A stretch of DNA of 64,000 nucleotides from an uncultured Chthonomonadaceae bacterium (GTDB lineage: Bacteria; Armatimonadota; Chthonomonadetes; Chthonomonadales; Chthonomonadaceae): contig CAWFQB010000002.1 in assembly GCA_963817895.1 (NCBI GenBank), forward strand, positions 608,001 to 672,000, written 5' to 3'. The notes beneath the pieces are model-generated. The model ran no database searches. It worked only from the letters and a program-made list of their open reading frames with translations, and was not told the DNA's origin. The translations under genes were made by a program, and so were the position numbers. Positions 60,149 through 64,000 of this stretch are shown piece by piece (the first letter of the stretch is position 1; every line of letters starts with the position of its first letter).

Positions 60149-60274
60149 GGGTATTCGGGTATTCAGGCGTTCGGGTATTCAGGCGTTCAGGTGTTCAGCT
60201 TATAGCTTTACCGCGCAAATGCAAATGTATAACTTTCGCGTTTCCTGAATAACTGAATACCTGCATACCTGAAC
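60149..60274. repeat. (GGTATTCA-type)n ... (CTGAATAC-type)n inverted-pair octamer repeat
   Basis: Read directly from the sequence between the pilO-like gene and the secretin gene. Confidence 0.8.
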
Positions 60275-60279
60275 ATGTC

Positions 60280-60897
60280 TTAACTGTTGGTAGGTGAGGT
60301 GGCGTTGTCCCCGGTCGGCTTGGCAGGAGCGATGATGGGAGTTTCCACATACCGCAGAAGCGTAAACGTAAGGTGCGTGATCGGCCATTGATCCGTGTTC
60401 GTTCCCCGGCTCCACCGCAAGTCCGTGGTGGTGTACAGGCGTGGCGAGTGAAGCAACTGATATAAAAACTGCCGAATGCCGTTGTAATTGCCGGATACTT
60501 CCACGTCGCTCGTGAGCGCCAGAACTCCTGGCGGCAAAGCGTTTTTCTTCGCTTCAGGGCTGTCAGCGGAGGGCGCGGGAACCACGCGATTGGTATAGCG
60601 TACCAGATGTACCTGACTCTGATCCGCAAACTTGCGAATCATATCCAGAAACAGCGATTGCTCATTGAGCGCGGGGGGTATGGCCGCAATTTTACTCAGG
60701 GTTGGCTGGTTTTTAATTTCTAAAGACAACTTGTTCAAAAACACAAGGTCATTCTCGGTTTTGGTCTGTTGCTCCCCCAGGGAACGCAGCCGCGTCACTT
60801 GAAGAAATACAAGGAATCCGGCTGCCAGCACAGCCACGACCGGCATTAACACCGTCGCCAGTTTGATCCAGGAGGCGTTGGAAGACGATTTGCTCAC
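60280..60897 (-). CDS. PilO/GspM-like protein
   Basis: N-terminal TM, coiled coil, VEVSGNYNGIRQFLYQLLHSPRL. Confidence 0.8.
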   Translation of the reverse strand: MSKSSSNASWIKLATVLMPVVAVLAAGFLVFLQVTRLRSLGEQQTKTENDLVFLNKLSLEIKNQPTLSKIAAIPPALNEQSLFLDMIRKFADQSQVHLVRYTNRVVPAPSADSPEAKKNALPPGVLALTSDVEVSGNYNGIRQFLYQLLHSPRLYTTTDLRWSRGTNTDQWPITHLTFTLLRYVETPIIAPAKPTGDNATSPTNS

Positions 60898-62600
60898 GGC
60901 GTGCCTCCAGTCTTGGGCGCGGGCGGCGGGGTTGTGGCGGCGGCGAGTTGGGTGCTGATTTTGAATTCCACATGCGGCGGAAGTTCCTGCCTGTCCCTTT
61001 TACGCTCCTGACTGTCAAGCGTGGGGAACACAAACCAGTTTACGCTGCGCATGCCGTCCAGTGTTTGCACGACCGCGAGGTCATTGACGGCAGTGCCTGT
61101 CACGCTCAGTCTGCCTCCCGAATCCAGAGCCACTTCCGTCAGTCCGGCCTGCGGCGCAACCACATTGGAAATGGCATCCATCACGCGCGGAAACGGGTAG
61201 CCTTTGTTTTGCAGGGCGGTAAGCTGATTCTGCTGTCGCTGCCAGGTGCTGACGATAAGATTCTGCTGCTGCTGTTTGGCGGTATATTCCGCTTGCAGCC
61301 TGTTCAGTTCCCGCTCTGCTACCCCAACGCGCAAATAGATCAATCCGGCAATCGTTATTCCAAGCAGCAGGACGATCAGGGAAGCGGCGGCGGACGACAG
61401 CAGAGTACGGCGCGCGGCAGCCGCAATTGCGTTCAGGCGATGCGCGCTCGTCAGGTTAAAGCGCGGCACATCGGCGGGCGCATCCGGCAGCAGTCCCAAC
61501 GCCAGGCCAAGCGCAGGCATCAGAGCCAATTCCGATGACGCCCCGCTCCCCGCGCTATCCGAGCCTGGAACCTGTAGCAGGTTCACGCCAGTTAAATCTC
61601 GCAGCAAGGCAGGCTTTAACAGCATGACATTGCGGCCCAACTCCTCCTGGAGCCAGGGCTGCATGGTTTCCATGGCAGGCGTATCCGCTACAAGCACGAT
61701 ATCGCCATCACTCCTGTCAGGATGTTCACGCCGATAATACTCGATTGAACGCCGGACTTCCAGCGCAACCGCGCGCGCCGCGCTCATATTCATGGAAATG
61801 CCGGGCAAGCCGGAGTTCAGACCCGACAGCGCCAGCCCGGGTTCCTCCTCCTCACCCAGAATGGAAGCGCGAGGACGGCCTGCATTGGAGGAGTTCTGCG
61901 CGGCATTGGGGAACAGCGTGGGAAACAGGTTTTCGCTGCCCACGTCAATGCGGCGGTACAACCGAATGGCTCCCGCATCTATAAACGCCAGTTCCGAGCG
62001 GACATGATCCACGCTCAGGCACAGCCCGCCCGGCTGTCCCTTCGTCAGCATCCAGCCGACCCGATACATTCCCAGCAGCGTCGGTTCCAGGGAAACCAGG
62101 TTCAGACCGGCCAGTTCGGCGACGCGCTGATATAAGGCAATGACGTTTTTATCCGCCGCCATCAGCAGCATCGGGGATTCGCCGCCGGCCTGCGCGTCAG
62201 CAGATGGCTGCGATTGGCCTGCGGCGCTCAAGCGCAGATAATCGAACGCGCTTTCTCCATGCCGCATGATTTTGTAATGCTCGAGTTCGCCCTCCAGCAC
62301 CGCCTGCAATTCCGTTTCCGGCACAAAAGGCACGTTCATTACCTGAGTAATGACGCTGCCTGAAGCTATTCCAAAAACGGCGTCGCGGGATACCGCGCCC
62401 GCGCTGTCTACAAGGCGGCGCAACGCGATACCGACGGCCTCCGGATCCACAATGCGGTCGCCAACAAACGCGCCCTCCGGCATCGGCGCAACGCCTGCAT
62501 GAAGCACCTGTGGATTGGACGCCCGCCCCTGCGCTTCAACGAGGCGCAGTTGGGTGGCCGTAAATGTCACGCCCAGTATGATATCTTTTCGGGTTCGCAT
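60894..62600 (-). CDS. pilM: PilM-PilN fusion protein
   Basis: Actin-like PilM (GDRIVDPEAV...ALGLAL), then NL + TM + coiled coil + LSVTGTA PilN domain. Confidence 0.8.
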   Translation of the reverse strand: MRTRKDIILGVTFTATQLRLVEAQGRASNPQVLHAGVAPMPEGAFVGDRIVDPEAVGIALRRLVDSAGAVSRDAVFGIASGSVITQVMNVPFVPETELQAVLEGELEHYKIMRHGESAFDYLRLSAAGQSQPSADAQAGGESPMLLMAADKNVIALYQRVAELAGLNLVSLEPTLLGMYRVGWMLTKGQPGGLCLSVDHVRSELAFIDAGAIRLYRRIDVGSENLFPTLFPNAAQNSSNAGRPRASILGEEEEPGLALSGLNSGLPGISMNMSAARAVALEVRRSIEYYRREHPDRSDGDIVLVADTPAMETMQPWLQEELGRNVMLLKPALLRDLTGVNLLQVPGSDSAGSGASSELALMPALGLALGLLPDAPADVPRFNLTSAHRLNAIAAAARRTLLSSAAASLIVLLLGITIAGLIYLRVGVAERELNRLQAEYTAKQQQQNLIVSTWQRQQNQLTALQNKGYPFPRVMDAISNVVAPQAGLTEVALDSGGRLSVTGTAVNDLAVVQTLDGMRSVNWFVFPTLDSQERKRDRQELPPHVEFKISTQLAAATTPPPAPKTGGTP

Positions 62601-62683
62601 ATATCTCTAATCTCGACAGCCTGGGGATTATCAGGCAAAGCCTCCTATAGAATGTACCCTCCAGAAGAGTTCCACACAACGCG

Positions 62684-63322
62684 TTAAGAATCATGCGTAT
62701 TGGGGCTGTTGCGCATACGGATGAAATTTTGCAGAGTTCGCGTTTCGCCATCGGCGCTGATGGTCGCGATAATGTTGACGGCTCCCACACCGGGCAGTTC
62801 CGCGCCCGAAGGCGCGTTCGGGTCTGCCGTCGTCGTCCAGCTTGCCACGCTTGCGTTGTACGTATTGCCTGCCGGCATGTAGTACGTGATTTGCAGTGAC
62901 TGCACATTCGACACCAGAGTCTCGACTGCCGCCGCGCTGCCATCGGAGTCAGTCTTCTGGCGGCGCAAGGTATGGGCGCTTGTATCCAGCCAGATGCGGC
63001 TCATTGATCCCGATGAGGTTGTATAACAGGTCACGTCGGAGGCGGACGCGGAAGCGATTACCTGGCCCTGCCCCGCGCCGAACGCCTGCGCGTTGCGCAG
63101 CGTGTCCCCCAGAACATCAAGAGGGCGGCGGCTGGAAGCATTGGCGTAGTTCTGCCCCAGCACGGTTGAGTTTGCCACATAGCTGCTTTGCTGAAGTGAA
63201 ACCAGCGCGGCTCCGGTCAGCAGCGCGATTAAACAGCCAATCAGCAGTTCAATCAGTGTACCCCCATAAGGCGCATTGCCGATGCGGTTAGATCGGGGAT
63301 TTGAAAATGTCGCGATTATCAT
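62684..63322 (-). CDS. Minor pilin (PilW-like)
   Basis: GGTLIELLIG prepilin motif; C-terminal IRMRN. Confidence 0.75.
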   Translation of the reverse strand: MIIATFSNPRSNRIGNAPYGGTLIELLIGCLIALLTGAALVSLQQSSYVANSTVLGQNYANASSRRPLDVLGDTLRNAQAFGAGQGQVIASASASDVTCYTTSSGSMSRIWLDTSAHTLRRQKTDSDGSAAAVETLVSNVQSLQITYYMPAGNTYNASVASWTTTADPNAPSGAELPGVGAVNIIATISADGETRTLQNFIRMRNSPNTHDS

Positions 63323-63784
63323 TTATATCCCCTTTTTCGTCAGCGTCGCGCCCGTGGTATATAGCGTTTGGCCCGTATTCAGCACGGTCACGGTGATGAT
63401 TACCGTGCGAACGGCGCTGTAAGAGGGGTAGCCGGGATCGCTGACGATGTTCGTAACCATGCGCAGGCGGTGCTGCGCCCCCTTATTCGCGCTTTCGCTG
63501 CCGCCCTGCTGATCGTAGTACAGCGTGGTCACGCCCTCAGTGGCATAATCAAATCCGGCCAGTTTCACCCGCTCCATGGCGTGACGCCCAACGGTATACG
63601 CCGCTCCCACGTTGTCTGCTTTGACCGTCAGATTGAAGGTGAAATTCCACAGGCTGATCATCGCCATCACGCTGGAAGCCATAATCAGCGACGCGATCAA
63701 GGCTTCAATGATCGTGAAACCTCGGGTTCCACCTGTCCGGGCGCGGCCCTGTCTTCGCAAGAATCCATTATGCGCGTTTCTCAT
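63323..63784 (-). CDS. Minor pilin (PilV-like)
   Basis: RGFTIIEALIA prepilin cleavage motif; ATGA overlap. Confidence 0.8.
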   Translation of the reverse strand: MRNAHNGFLRRQGRARTGGTRGFTIIEALIASLIMASSVMAMISLWNFTFNLTVKADNVGAAYTVGRHAMERVKLAGFDYATEGVTTLYYDQQGGSESANKGAQHRLRMVTNIVSDPGYPSYSAVRTVIITVTVLNTGQTLYTTGATLTKKGI

Positions 63785-64000
63785 TGATTTGCGCCTCCTG
63801 CCACGCCTGCGCCGTTGAGTTCCTGCCATGCGCCGCTAAATCCATAATATTCGGTGGGCGTATCAAAATAGCCCTTTTGTCCAATGATGTTTGTGTTTCC
63901 TCCAACGTTGATGTCGTTGCTAACGATCTGCCCCCGAAAATTGACGTTGGGATCTACATTCACCAAACCAAAAGAGTAGTTTTTACTGTTGTAAGTAATT
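63781..64000 (-). CDS. C-terminal part of a PilX-like protein (runs off the window)
   Basis: FRGQIVSNDINVGGN...WQEL ending, coupled to the pilV-like gene. Confidence 0.55.
   Translation of the reverse strand, partial: ITYNSKNYSFGLVNVDPNVNFRGQIVSNDINVGGNTNIIGQKGYFDTPTEYYGFSGAWQELNGAGVAGGANQ

Overview
Bacterial chromosomal window of moderately high GC. The gene content (prepilin/DUF1559/H-X9-DG protein, Tat-exported Gfo/Idh/MocA + HEAT pair, PilM-PilN fusion, many sugar enzymes) suggests Armatimonadota; this is an inference. Many genes carry 1-bp frameshifts, most likely long-read consensus errors. Core and metabolic content: cinA-thpR-recA, an alternative sigma-70, mntR-mntH, a type IV pilus/T2SS-like operon with a secretin, GH29, GH116, GH4, an SSS transporter and a carbonic anhydrase. 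Accessory content: an IS3 element, two VapBC-type TA pairs, two apparently orphaned antitoxins, a phage-type HNH gene, a MoxR + vWA-metallopeptidase operon and about 5 kb of unknown genes inserted between cinA and thpR. The best candidate for an undescribed system is a three-gene STAND NTPase (AAA_35-like) operon at 20253-25424: EAD1-DUF4062-TIR-STAND, then a bare STAND, then a STAND with two TM helices. It is a putative immune/conflict complex and has an in-frame TGA just after the first Walker A. The second notable signal is a diverse set of more than 10 families of short palindromic or inverted-pair tandem repeats. Several lie inside genes: one builds a signal peptide and one sits on the frameshift of a GH116 gene. 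No rRNA, tRNA or CRISPR array was seen.
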